DNA of 64,000 nucleotides from an uncultured Bacilli bacterium (GTDB lineage Bacteria; Bacillota_I; Bacilli_A; RF39; UBA660): NCBI GenBank assembly GCA_944358675.1, contig CALVRN010000004.1, positions 10,276 to 74,275 of the forward strand, read 5' to 3'. Shown piece by piece: positions 18,903 to 29,138 of this stretch (position 1 is its first letter; each line of letters starts with the position of its first letter). The notes under the pieces were generated by a model. It saw only the letters and a program-made list of their open reading frames with translations, ran no database searches and was not told where the DNA came from. The position numbers and the translations under genes were made by a program.

Positions 18903-18966
18903 TATATGTAAGGAATATTCAATAGTTGGGTGGTTGCCACTTTTCTTTTTTAAGAAAGGGGGCGAT

Positions 18967-19053
18967 ATGATGAACAAGAAAGATTTTTTAATTCTTTCTT
19001 TGGTCCTTCTTATTTTCCTACTTGTATTTTTACTATTTATAGTATTAATATAA
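18967..19053 (+). CDS. 28-aa hydrophobic peptide MMNKKDFLILSLVLLIFLLVFLLFIVLI (type I toxin-like candidate)
   Basis: GGGGG SD 5-8 nt upstream that can pair with an upstream CT-rich tract. A conserved 5' leader is shared with 32672..32749. Followed by hairpin 19063..19086. Confidence 0.5.
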   Translation: MMNKKDFLILSLVLLIFLLVFLLFIVLI

Positions 19054-19201
19054 AAGAAAACCACCTAACACATCTGTGATTAGGTGAAGTCAAAAATTTT
19101 GGCACCATCCAACATGGAAGTATTGAATGTTCCTTTTTATTATATGAGATTTCTCTCATCTATATACATTTTATCACAGTTTTTTATTTATGACAAATGA
19201 T

Positions 19202-20134
19202 TTATTTTTTGTTTTTTATTTTATCAAAATATATATCACTGCTATTTTGATGTTTGGTTTTAATAGCTTCTATAAATTTTTCTTTACTAGTTTCACCAAA
19301 ACCACTGAAAGAAACATCACCTATAACTGTATAAGGAACTCCTTTAGTTTCTTCTCCTAAAGCAGCAGCAAATCTATTCATAATTTCAGCATTTTCTTGG
19401 TTTTCCCAAACTTCATAAGTATATAAATTGTAATAATCACCATACTCCTCTTTTATTTCATCAAAGAAAGCGAATTCTTCTTTACAGTGTGGACAGGTAC
19501 TTCCCCAGAAAAGGTAAATATTAACTTTATTTTTATCATGAGTAACATTTTCTAAACTAATTTCTTTTACATTTTCTTTGGGAGTGGTATTGGTGGTTTC
19601 TTCATTATTATTGCTGGTGTTTTCTTCGACATTATTTTCATTACTTACTGAGTTTGAATTATCAACTTCTTTTAATAGAACATAGTCTGTAAACCATTTT
19701 TCAAAGTCATCATTTGATTTATAATATTTTAAATCATTATCACTATTCGCATCTAGATAATCAACCATTATTCCTTTGTTAAAGATGGCAAATGATGGGT
19801 AGTATTTTATTGATTCACTTAATTTTGTATCTTTAATATCAGAAAAAGCAATTTTATAAATCTTGATATTATTATTTGTTATAAAGTCATATAATACTTG
19901 TTCAAAATTAGCTGATGTAACGCATGCGGGCTGATAGACAAATAAAGCAAAAGATTCTTTATCATCCATTAATTTTTCTAAATCAGATGTTCCAATTTCT
20001 ATAAATTCACTACTTCCATAATATTTATCTTCTAAAGAAAATTTTTGAAAGGGCATAATTTTTATGACTACTAAAACTACCGAAATCAATAAAAGAAGTG
20101 GTATAACCCACATGAATTTTTTATTCATTTTCAT
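19202..20134 (-). CDS. Membrane-anchored double thioredoxin-fold protein
   Basis: WGSTCPHCKEE CxxC motif in the C-terminal half and a second degenerate Trx-like half. Start at 20134 behind GAGG. Confidence 0.75.
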   Translation of the reverse strand: MKMNKKFMWVIPLLLLISVVLVVIKIMPFQKFSLEDKYYGSSEFIEIGTSDLEKLMDDKESFALFVYQPACVTSANFEQVLYDFITNNNIKIYKIAFSDIKDTKLSESIKYYPSFAIFNKGIMVDYLDANSDNDLKYYKSNDDFEKWFTDYVLLKEVDNSNSVSNENNVEENTSNNNEETTNTTPKENVKEISLENVTHDKNKVNIYLFWGSTCPHCKEEFAFFDEIKEEYGDYYNLYTYEVWENQENAEIMNRFAAALGEETKGVPYTVIGDVSFSGFGETSKEKFIEAIKTKHQNSSDIYFDKIKNKK

Positions 20135-20822
20135 TTGTACTAACCTCATGAAGTGAATCAAAGTCTATATCATGATATGGAATTTTCCAAAAATCATATG
20201 AAGTGTCACCATATTTGGTGGTTTTAACTTCGACATTGTTTTTACCTTCATAATACCAGTAACCACCAACATTATAAATTTTGTTTTCATCCCAACCTAG
20301 TTTTACTAACATGGTTTTAGTCATGCCTGCATAACCTCCACCACCACACATTAAGAAAATGTTTTTATCTTTTGGAAATATGTATTCTAAAATGTCCATT
20401 GATTCTTCATAATTAGCGGTATATTCTCCATCTTTTTCAGTGAATAAGGTTTTTCCTTTATATGTATCACCTACTTCTTCAGGTAGTCCAGATACATTGA
20501 CTAAATATGGTAAAGGTACTACTTCAAAACCTTTAACAAATCCAGATAAATAAGCATCTCCACCAATGGCTTCATAATTTCCTGGATCTTTTAACATTCT
20601 CATATCTCTATAAACAGAGTCTTCTCTATTTAAGTAATTATCAATAGTTTCTTCATTGATATTTTTATCAATTCCAAATTCACCTCTAACTCCTTCTGTT
20701 ACTTCTGGGGCTGGCAAGGGTGTTAAACGATTTCCTTTATCATTAAATAAGAATGCACATACAATAATTGTTATAATTATTAAAACACATATAACTAACA
20801 TAATAATACTTTTCTTTTTCAT
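20121..20822 (-). CDS. Membrane-anchored rhodanese-like domain protein
   Basis: The LMCGGGGYAG active-site-loop-like motif and the surrounding fold pattern. Overlaps the thioredoxin gene by 14 nt. Confidence 0.5.
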   Translation of the reverse strand: MKKKSIIMLVICVLIIITIIVCAFLFNDKGNRLTPLPAPEVTEGVRGEFGIDKNINEETIDNYLNREDSVYRDMRMLKDPGNYEAIGGDAYLSGFVKGFEVVPLPYLVNVSGLPEEVGDTYKGKTLFTEKDGEYTANYEESMDILEYIFPKDKNIFLMCGGGGYAGMTKTMLVKLGWDENKIYNVGGYWYYEGKNNVEVKTTKYGDTSYDFWKIPYHDIDFDSLHEVSTNENE

Positions 20823-20912
20823 ACTAAAACCTCCTACAATAATAGTTTAACCATAAAAAGATAAAATATCAATAACGAATTAGTTGAAAAAGGCTCAACC
20901 TTAAGTTGAGTT

Positions 20913-21608
20913 TTATTTAGTGCAGCTTTCATCTAGTTTTAAAGGTATTTCATAAGTAATAATTTTATGATGGTCATCACTAGCATTCACTTTTAAGTAT
21001 AATGAACCATCCTTATATACCTTACATGTTTTTTCATAATCATCGACTGTGAATGTTACTTCTTTTAAGAAATCTTCTAAAGTAATACTTTCTTTTTCAT
21101 TATATTTATAAGAACTTATTTTATTTTCTGTTTTGCCATTTTTCTCATATAAAATACATTCTATTTCTTTATATTTTTCTTGCTCATCACCACCACAATA
21201 TTCAATGTTAGATATATATATGGCTGATTTTTGATTGTTATAGGCAATGTTTCCTGATATTGTGAAGTTTGGACAATTGGCTGATAATGTTTTAAATTGA
21301 AAATCATCATTTTTGAAAAGCATCAAAACTAAAATTACAATTATAAAAATTAAAATGAGGCCTATAATAATCCACGTTGGTTTTATTTTTTTATTATTTT
21401 TAAATTCACCATTATAGAGTTCTTCTAAGCTGACATTAAAGTCTTCACTAATTTTTTTTATTAGAGTACTGTCAGGCATGTTCTTTCCATTTTCCCATTT
21501 ACTTACAGCTTGATAAGTTACATGATATTTATCAGCGAATTCTTTTTGGGTTAAATTATGTTTTTGTCTTAGTTCTTTAATGAATTTGCCAAACTTTTCT
21601 TGATCCAC
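20913..21608 (-). CDS. XRE-family HTH regulator with a single TM helix and an extracytoplasmic domain
   Basis: LTQKEFADKYHVTYQAVSKWENG plus the TM segment WIIIGLILIFIIVILVLML. Confidence 0.85.
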   Translation of the reverse strand: MDQEKFGKFIKELRQKHNLTQKEFADKYHVTYQAVSKWENGKNMPDSTLIKKISEDFNVSLEELYNGEFKNNKKIKPTWIIIGLILIFIIVILVLMLFKNDDFQFKTLSANCPNFTISGNIAYNNQKSAIYISNIEYCGGDEQEKYKEIECILYEKNGKTENKISSYKYNEKESITLEDFLKEVTFTVDDYEKTCKVYKDGSLYLKVNASDDHHKIITYEIPLKLDESCTK

Positions 21609-21704
21609 ATTATCACCTACTTTTGCACTACTAATTAATTATACCATATTTTTGTGTTATCTTACATTTAAAAACTAGTGTACTTATACACTAGCTCTTA
21701 ATAA

Positions 21705-24305
21705 TCACTCATCTTTAAAGTGTTTTACAATTAAAGGTTTTAATAGTTCGATAATTACAAGTGAAACAAGGTTTATTAAAATTACGTATATAAATTGATT
21801 AACGGTTACTGCTTCAAGGCCAAATATTTTACCGATTGGACTAAAGAATACAATAATTTGAACAAGTATTAAAGCAAGTATTCCAATATTTAATTGTTTG
21901 TTTTTGAATATACCTTTTTTATGAATTTGTTCTTTTAAGGATCTACAGTTATATGCGAAGACAAATTCATTAATAACGATACTTAAAAGAGCTAAAGTTT
22001 GAGCAACACCTTGTCCAAGTGGCAAGAATCTATAATAAACATATAGACTAATTAGTGTTTCTAAGATTACTGATAAAATTAGAAAGCCACTAAAGAATTT
22101 TGTAAATATTTTTTTATTTAAACCGTTTGGTTTTTGTTTCATGATGTTTTTAGAAGCTCCTTCAAAAGCTAAAGCTATTGATGGGACGGTATCAGCTACT
22201 AAGTCAATATATAAAACATGAATAGCGGATATTATAGTATTACCGGTTAACATACCAAATAAAATGATTAAAATTTCGGTAAAGTTACTAGATAAGTTAT
22301 ATAAGATATTAGATATAACGTTATCATATATTCTTCTTCCTTCAGATACAGCTGTAACAATTGTGTTAAAGCTATCATCTAAAAGAATAATATCTGATAC
22401 ATCTTTGGTGACATCGGTTCCACTTTTACCCATACCAACACCAACATTAGCTAGTTTGATGGCTGGGGCGTCGTTTACTCCATCACCTGTCATAGCTACA
22501 ACTTTATTTTCTTTTTGAAAGGCTTTGACAATTTGTACTTTTGTCTCTGGGCTGACTCTCGCATATACTTTATATTTATTAATGTTTTTAATTAAATCTG
22601 TTTCTGATAGTTCACTAGCATTTATACATTCATCTATATTTTGACATATTCCAGCTTCTTTAGCGATTGTATAAGCTGTTTGCAGGTTATCGCCTGTTAA
22701 CATAATTGGAATGATGCTGGCTTCTTTACACATATCAATAGAAGCTTTAATATTTTTTCTAATAGGATCTTTGAAACCAGCTAACCCGGTTAAAATTAAA
22801 TCTTTTTCTTCGTTAAAGTAATCTTCTTCGTTGGTAACTATTTTATCTATTTTTTTATAGGCGAAAGCAATTACTTTTAAGGATTCTTCGGACATTTGAG
22901 TTTCTATGTTTTTATATTGATTTATATATTCATCAGTTAAATTTTGAAGTTCATTATTGATTAAAATTTTGGTGCTTCTTTGTAAAATGGCTTCTAGGCT
23001 ACCTTTAAGATAAAGATATGTTTCACCATCTTTTTTATAAACAGCACTCATCATTTTGCGTTTTGAATCGAATGGTAATTCGGTTATTTTAGTAACTTCT
23101 TCTGATTTTAAATTATTTTCTTTTAAATAATTTTTTATGGCTACATCAACGGCATCTCCAGTATATAGGCCATCAGAGGCTAAGGTGGCAGAATTAGAAT
23201 TATCCATGACATTAATTAAGGTTTGATAATTTTTGATGTCTTTTAATTCTATTTCTTTATTATCTGTATAAAGTTTAGTGACTTTCATTTTATTTTCGGT
23301 TAGGGTACCTGTTTTATCAGTGCATATTACTTCAGTAGATCCTAGTGTTTCGATAGCGGCTAAATTTTTGACAATGGATTTCTTTTTAGCCATTCCGCTA
23401 ACGCCAATGGATAGTGTGGCAGTGATGGCAATAGTGAGGCTTTCTGGAACACTAGCTACAATCATTGATATGCAAAGCATAACAATATTTAAAATGGTAT
23501 AATGATTGATTAGTCCAAATATTAAGACAAAAGCGATTAAGATAAAGGCAACACCAGTAATAAAACGGCTGACTTTGGCAACTTTCATTTGAATTGGGGT
23601 TGCTGGTTCTTCTTTAGTGTCTAATACACTGGCAATTTTACCAAGTTCAGTATTCATGCCAGTACTTATGACAATTGCTTCTATTTTACCTGAGACAATG
23701 ACTGTTCCAGAATAGATCATGTTGTACGTTTCAGCTAAGATAGTTTCATTTGGAATTGTAATTTCATTTTTTTCGACATTATTGCTTTCACCGGTTAGAA
23801 TTGATTCATCCGTTTTAGCAAAATAACTTTCGACTATTCTAGCATCGGCTGGCACTTTATCACCAGCTTCTAAAATGATATAATCTCCAGGGACTAATTC
23901 TTTAGCATCTATGTCCGTGCTGGTGCCATTTCTTCTGACTGTGACATAATTAGCTGAATATTTTTTTAATTTTTCAGTCGCATTAGCGGCTTTTGATTCT
24001 TGAAAATAACCCATAATACAATTTACTAAAGTGGTTCCTAAAATAACTAAAGGTTCTAGGAAGTCATCACCAGTAATTAATGAATATATTAAGGATAAAA
24101 AGCCAACAACTAATAAAAGAATGATCATCATATTTTTAAATTGGCTTAAGAAAATTTGTAATTTTGTTCTTTTGTTTTTGTCGATTAATACATTTAGACC
24201 ATATGTTTTTTGTCTTTTTAATACTTCTGTTTTAGATAGGCCATCTTTTGATGTATTTAATTCTGTATATATTTCATCTATAGATTTTTGATATGCTTTT
24301 TTCAT
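21705..24305 (-). CDS. P-type cation-translocating ATPase (type II, Ca2+/Mg2+-like)
   Basis: CTDKTGTLTENKM phosphorylation site, TGES, MLTGDN, and GDGVNDAPA hinge. Confidence 0.93.
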   Translation of the reverse strand: MKKAYQKSIDEIYTELNTSKDGLSKTEVLKRQKTYGLNVLIDKNKRTKLQIFLSQFKNMMIILLLVVGFLSLIYSLITGDDFLEPLVILGTTLVNCIMGYFQESKAANATEKLKKYSANYVTVRRNGTSTDIDAKELVPGDYIILEAGDKVPADARIVESYFAKTDESILTGESNNVEKNEITIPNETILAETYNMIYSGTVIVSGKIEAIVISTGMNTELGKIASVLDTKEEPATPIQMKVAKVSRFITGVAFILIAFVLIFGLINHYTILNIVMLCISMIVASVPESLTIAITATLSIGVSGMAKKKSIVKNLAAIETLGSTEVICTDKTGTLTENKMKVTKLYTDNKEIELKDIKNYQTLINVMDNSNSATLASDGLYTGDAVDVAIKNYLKENNLKSEEVTKITELPFDSKRKMMSAVYKKDGETYLYLKGSLEAILQRSTKILINNELQNLTDEYINQYKNIETQMSEESLKVIAFAYKKIDKIVTNEEDYFNEEKDLILTGLAGFKDPIRKNIKASIDMCKEASIIPIMLTGDNLQTAYTIAKEAGICQNIDECINASELSETDLIKNINKYKVYARVSPETKVQIVKAFQKENKVVAMTGDGVNDAPAIKLANVGVGMGKSGTDVTKDVSDIILLDDSFNTIVTAVSEGRRIYDNVISNILYNLSSNFTEILIILFGMLTGNTIISAIHVLYIDLVADTVPSIALAFEGASKNIMKQKPNGLNKKIFTKFFSGFLILSVILETLISLYVYYRFLPLGQGVAQTLALLSIVINEFVFAYNCRSLKEQIHKKGIFKNKQLNIGILALILVQIIVFFSPIGKIFGLEAVTVNQFIYVILINLVSLVIIELLKPLIVKHFKDE

Positions 24306-24368
24306 TTTGATACCTCGCTTATTATATTTTTATTATATCACTTAAATATGATGTTATAAAGATTTTAA

Positions 24369-25262
24369 TTAACTTGTTTTATATGTAGTTGTAAAAATTT
24401 TAGGATTTGTACAGTATTCCATGACAAATTTATTTTCTTTTTTACATATTATTACACCGACTGTATTATCATGAAATGATTTTTTTATGTTTTTATTTAC
24501 ATAGTTTATATATTTGGTTATTTGACCTAGGTGTTCGGCCTTTAGTTCAGTTACTTTAAGTTCTATGACTACATAACAGTTATAGTTGGTATTAAGAAAT
24601 AGAAAATCAATATAATTATAGGTGTCACCCATTTTAATTTTTACTTCACTACCTATATAGGTAAAACCGATGCCAAGTTCTTTTAAAAAGTCATCAATAT
24701 TTTCTAGGATTAATTGGTGTAAGGTATATTCACTTAATTCTTCGTTTGGATTATTAGTTTTAATTATTATTGGATTTTTAATTAAAGTATTTATCTTAGG
24801 TTCTTCTAGCTCGTCCTTATACCCTATTCTTTCATATTCATTAGATTTGATTCTTTCGTTAAGCTCACGATAGGATAAATTTTGAGATATTGCAACATTA
24901 ATATAGTAAGATATTTTCTTGTCATCATTTAAAGGTAATAAATATTTATAATGAGTCCAAGTAAGACTTCCAAAAAGGTGCCTCACTGCGGCACCTTTTT
25001 CAAATAATAAATAAAACTGTCTCATTCTCTTTAAATTGGTCGCATTATATCCCTTACCAAGTTCTTTAGTTAACTTTTCAGAATATTCTTTAATTAATTT
25101 GTTTCCGTATTTTGCTCTCTTCTATCCACCTTGAGCTTCGACTATTAATCTACCTACTTCAAAGTAAGCGTTTAAATCACTTTTGTTTTTGGAATAGTCT
25201 TTGACTTTTTTATAGATTTCATTTTTAATTAAAGTTTCTTTTATTTCATCATAATAATTCAT
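24369..25262 (-). pseudogene. YhcG/DUF1016-type PD-(D/E)xK nuclease paralogue interrupted by an in-frame TAG
   Basis: The N-terminal 46 codons match the intact copies up to GG, then TAG at 25122..25124 replaces GAA (GGEKRAK in the paralogues). The rest of the frame is intact. Confidence 0.8.
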
Positions 25263-25276
25263 TTTCAGCACTTCCT

Positions 25277-26161
25277 TTATTTTACTTTATATGTGGTAGT
25301 AAATATTCTATTATCACTGCAGTACTCCAAAACATACTTATTTTCTCTTTTGCATATAACTACACCTACTGTTTTATCATTAAATAATTCTTTAATATTT
25401 TTATCAACGTAATTTATATATTTTGTTATTTGACCAATGTATTCTGCTTTCATTTCAGTTACTTTTAGTTCAATGACAACATAACAGTTATATTTCACAT
25501 TAAAAAGTAGAAAATCTATATAATTATATCTATCACCTATTTTAATTTTTACTTCACTACCTACATATGTAAAACCAACACCTAGTTCTTTTAAAAAGTC
25601 ATCCATATTTTCTAGGATTAATTGGTGTAAGGCATATTCACTTAATCTTTCATTTTTATCTTTAACTTTTATCATTATTGGATTTTTAATAAATGTATTT
25701 ATTTTAGGTTCTTTTAACTCTCCTTTGTATCCAATTCTTTCATATTCATTGGATTTTATTCTTTCACGTAATTCTCGAATGGATATTCTTTGATTTTCTA
25801 TTAGATATATGTAATAATTAATCTCTTTTATACTTTTTAACTTTAATAATTCTATGTAATGACCGATTGTTAATTGGTGCGACATTGTCGCACCTTTTTT
25901 TATTACCACATAAAATTTTCTCATTCTCTTAAGTGCGGAAGTGGTATAACCTTTTCCGAGCTCATTAGTTAATTTTTCAGAATATTCTTTAATTAATTTG
26001 TTTCCATATTTGGCTCTCTTTTCTCCACCCTGAGCTTCGACTATTAATCTACCCACTTCAAAGTAAGCATTTAAATCACTTTTGTTTTTAGAATAATCTT
26101 TTACTTTCTTATATATTTCGTTTTTAATTAAAGTTTCTTTTATTTCATTATAGTAATTCAT
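25277..26161 (-). CDS. YhcG/DUF1016-type PD-(D/E)xK nuclease domain protein
   Basis: C-terminal YIDFLLFN...YVVIELKV (D...E-x-K). ATG at 26161 behind AAGGAAG. Confidence 0.8.
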   Translation of the reverse strand: MNYYNEIKETLIKNEIYKKVKDYSKNKSDLNAYFEVGRLIVEAQGGEKRAKYGNKLIKEYSEKLTNELGKGYTTSALKRMRKFYVVIKKGATMSHQLTIGHYIELLKLKSIKEINYYIYLIENQRISIRELRERIKSNEYERIGYKGELKEPKINTFIKNPIMIKVKDKNERLSEYALHQLILENMDDFLKELGVGFTYVGSEVKIKIGDRYNYIDFLLFNVKYNCYVVIELKVTEMKAEYIGQITKYINYVDKNIKELFNDKTVGVVICKRENKYVLEYCSDNRIFTTTYKVK

Positions 26162-26175
26162 TTTCAGCACTTCCT

Positions 26176-27069
26176 TTATTTCACTTTATATGTGGTAGTA
26201 AATATTCTATTATCACTGCAGTACTCTAAAACATACTTATTTTCTCTTTTGCATATAACTACACCTACTGTTTTATCGTTAAATAACTCTTTAATATTTT
26301 TATCAACGTAATTTATATATTTTGTTATTTGACCAATGTATTCTGCTTTCATTTCAGTTACTTTTAGTTCAATGACAACATAACAGTTATATTTCACATT
26401 AAAAAGTAGAAAATCTATATAATTATATCTATCACCTATTTTAATTTTTACTTCACTACCTACATATGTAAAACCAACACCTAGTTCTTTTAAAAAGTCA
26501 TCCATATTTTCTAGGATTAATTGGTGCAGGGCATATTCACTCAGCTTTTCTTTTTTATCACCCACTTTTATTATTATTGGGTTTTTAATGAATGTATTTA
26601 TTTTAGGTTCTTCTAATTCTTCTTTGTACCCAATTCTTTCATATTCATTGGATTTTATTTTTTCTCTAAGTTCTCTAACAGATAAATTTTGTTTATCAGT
26701 TATATAAATATAATACTTTACTTCATTTATATTTTTTATTTTTAATAATTCTGTATAATGACTCCATGTTAATTCGCTCGACAATGTCGAGCGTTTTCTA
26801 AATAATAAATAAAATTGTCGCATCTTACGTAAATTAGAAACAGTAAATCCTTTTCCGAGTTCATTAGTTAATTTCTCAGAATATTCTTTGATTAATTTGT
26901 TTCCGTATTTAGCTCTCTTTTCTCCACCCTGAGCTTCGACTATTAATCTACCCACTTCAAAATAAGCGTTTAAATCACTTTTGTTTTTGGAATAGTCTTT
27001 GACTTTTTTATATATTTCGTTTTTAATTAAGGTTTCTTTTATTTGATTATAATAGTTAATTTTAATCAC
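26176..27069 (-). CDS. YhcG/DUF1016-type PD-(D/E)xK nuclease domain protein (tandem paralogue)
   Basis: N- and C-terminal thirds are identical to 25277..26161, while the central part is divergent. The start codon is non-ATG (GTG at 27069, or ATT in place of the ATG used by the paralogue). Confidence 0.75.
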   Translation of the reverse strand: MIKINYYNQIKETLIKNEIYKKVKDYSKNKSDLNAYFEVGRLIVEAQGGEKRAKYGNKLIKEYSEKLTNELGKGFTVSNLRKMRQFYLLFRKRSTLSSELTWSHYTELLKIKNINEVKYYIYITDKQNLSVRELREKIKSNEYERIGYKEELEEPKINTFIKNPIIIKVGDKKEKLSEYALHQLILENMDDFLKELGVGFTYVGSEVKIKIGDRYNYIDFLLFNVKYNCYVVIELKVTEMKAEYIGQITKYINYVDKNIKELFNDKTVGVVICKRENKYVLEYCSDNRIFTTTYKVK

Positions 27070-27147
27070 CTCTATTTATTAATATACGATTTTTATAAGC
27101 TAAATCCTTTTTTATGTAAAAAAAATACCGCTTTATAGCGATACTTT

Positions 27148-27819
27148 TTAATAATCTTTCTTAATGAATATTTTATAAGAAACTTTATAAGATATGGTGT
27201 ACATGATAATAATTAATAAGGTTAAAATATATGCTCCAAAAGTTTCTAAGAAATTATTTATTTTTTGGATATCTAGATTTAAACCTAGTTTAGTAATTAG
27301 AAAACTAGCTCCAACAATGATTAGGACCATAAAGAAAATTAAAATGAACATTTGGATTCGTCCTTTTTCAGCACCCCATTTATATATACTTGGTATTTGA
27401 ATTGCTTGAATTAAAGCTATACCAAATAGACCGCTTAAACTTGTAATAAATAGATTATCATAATCTAAGTCGATTAGGTTATTTGGTCTTACACTATTCA
27501 TGATGTTTACGATTAATATAGTTAAAAGCACACCGATGATGGCGCCGATAATAGCAGAAGAAATGGCAATAATATATTTTGAGATAACGAGTTCTTTTCT
27601 ATTTACTGGAAGTGATAAGATATATTTTTCAGATTTTGATACTTCGTCATAGTTGAATGTTGATAAAGATATCATTCCGATAATAGCGCATATAATCATT
27701 GGGGCAATAGAAGCATTTTCGGTACCGGCAATAGCGATAGAGCAAAATATTATGGTGATTAAAAGGCTTGTTTTATAACTAGATAAATTTAATAAATCTT
27801 TTTTGATTAACCCTTTCAT
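27148..27819 (-). CDS. ABC-2 type transporter permease
   Basis: Six predicted TM helices. Start abuts the ATPase stop. Confidence 0.75.
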   Translation of the reverse strand: MKGLIKKDLLNLSSYKTSLLITIIFCSIAIAGTENASIAPMIICAIIGMISLSTFNYDEVSKSEKYILSLPVNRKELVISKYIIAISSAIIGAIIGVLLTILIVNIMNSVRPNNLIDLDYDNLFITSLSGLFGIALIQAIQIPSIYKWGAEKGRIQMFILIFFMVLIIVGASFLITKLGLNLDIQKINNFLETFGAYILTLLIIIMYTISYKVSYKIFIKKDY

Positions 27820-28676
27820 TATTTTTCTCCTTTCACATAAAATAACATTATTTCATCAATTGAAGGTTTATCAACCGTGTTAAAGTTATATGTTTTTTTG
27901 ATATAGTTTTTGTCTTTTACTAAAACTTCGTAATGATATTTTTCCTTTTTATACCTGATATAGTCTTCTTTTTTGATTATTTTAAAGTCATTTTCATCAC
28001 ATTTAATGACACCATAGTTTTCTAATAAGTCATCGGTTTGCAGGTTAAAGATAATTTTTCCTTCGTGTATGAAGATAATATAATCTGATAAGTGCTCGAG
28101 GTCTGTGGTGATATGCGATGATATTAAAATAGATCTTTCTTCATCTTCTTCTATGTATTTTCTAAAGATATCTAATATTTCATTTCTAACGATTGGATCT
28201 AAACCACTAGTTGGCTCATCTAATATTAAGGCTTTAGGGTTATGTGATATGGCAGCAGCAATTTTTATTTTCATTTTCATACCACTTGAAAAATCTTTGA
28301 TTAATTTATTTAGTGGTAATTTAAACTCTTTTAGATAGTTAAAGTATTTCTTTTCATCCCAGTTTTCATAAAATTCTTTCATGATAGAATTAACACCTTT
28401 AGCGGTTAGGTAATCTGATAAGAAACTATCATCTAAAACAACACCTAAATCTTTTTTTATTTCTTTTTCATATTTTTTATTATCTTTATCAAATACTTTG
28501 ATGGTGCCTTCAGTTTTAATGATATTTAAAATTGCTTTGATGGTAGTGGTTTTACCCGCGCCATTTTCACCAATTAAGCCAGTAATAATTCCTTTAGGAA
28601 TGGTAAAGCTTATATTATTTAACTCAAAACCTGGATATTTTTTAGATACTCCGTTTAGTTCTAATACATTTTTCAT
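27819..28676 (-). CDS. ABC transporter ATP-binding protein
   Basis: GENGAGKTTT, FSSGMKMK and LILDEPTSGLD. Confidence 0.92.
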   Translation of the reverse strand: MKNVLELNGVSKKYPGFELNNISFTIPKGIITGLIGENGAGKTTTIKAILNIIKTEGTIKVFDKDNKKYEKEIKKDLGVVLDDSFLSDYLTAKGVNSIMKEFYENWDEKKYFNYLKEFKLPLNKLIKDFSSGMKMKIKIAAAISHNPKALILDEPTSGLDPIVRNEILDIFRKYIEEDEERSILISSHITTDLEHLSDYIIFIHEGKIIFNLQTDDLLENYGVIKCDENDFKIIKKEDYIRYKKEKYHYEVLVKDKNYIKKTYNFNTVDKPSIDEIMLFYVKGEK

Positions 28677-29063
28677 TTATTTTTCCTCCTCAAATATAAT
28701 TTTAAAAATTTCTTTAATGTCATCATTTGAAATGTTTGATATTTTCGCAATATTGTAAATTTTACTAGTTAACTCTTCTATTTCTTTTAGTTTTTCTTCT
28801 TTAATTAATTCGAGATTTTTAGGAGCGATAAAGCTACCTTTTCCTGGAACTGTTTTGATAAATCCTTCTTCTTCTAATTCATCATAAGCTCTTTTGACCG
28901 TTAGAAAACTGATTTTTAAGTCGGTGGCTAAGGAACGGACTGATGGCAAAGCTTCGCCTTCTTTTAAATTGTTATTACAAATAGACTGTTTAATAGAATT
29001 TTTTATTTGTTTGAAAATTGGGGTGTCAGTTCCATTACTTATGATTATATTCAAACACATCAC
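28677..29063 (-). CDS. GntR-family (YtrA-like) transcriptional regulator
   Basis: PIFKQIKNSI....L..G..LPSVRSLA..L.IS..TV.RAY..L winged-helix motif. First gene of a GntR-ABC-permease operon. Confidence 0.88.
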   Translation of the reverse strand: MMCLNIIISNGTDTPIFKQIKNSIKQSICNNNLKEGEALPSVRSLATDLKISFLTVKRAYDELEEEGFIKTVPGKGSFIAPKNLELIKEEKLKEIEELTSKIYNIAKISNISNDDIKEIFKIIFEEEK

Positions 29064-29138
29064 CTCACTGTTATATGAATTATATAACAGTTATAACAGT
29101 TTGTCAAGAGCAAAATAAAAACTACTAATTAATAGTAG

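Noticed and set aside
18810-19064. 84-aa minus-strand ORF in the intergenic region between the XRE and thioredoxin genes.
   Set aside because: It has no SD and a low-complexity translation. It lies antisense to the conserved promoter-leader-peptide module, which explains the conservation of this region better.
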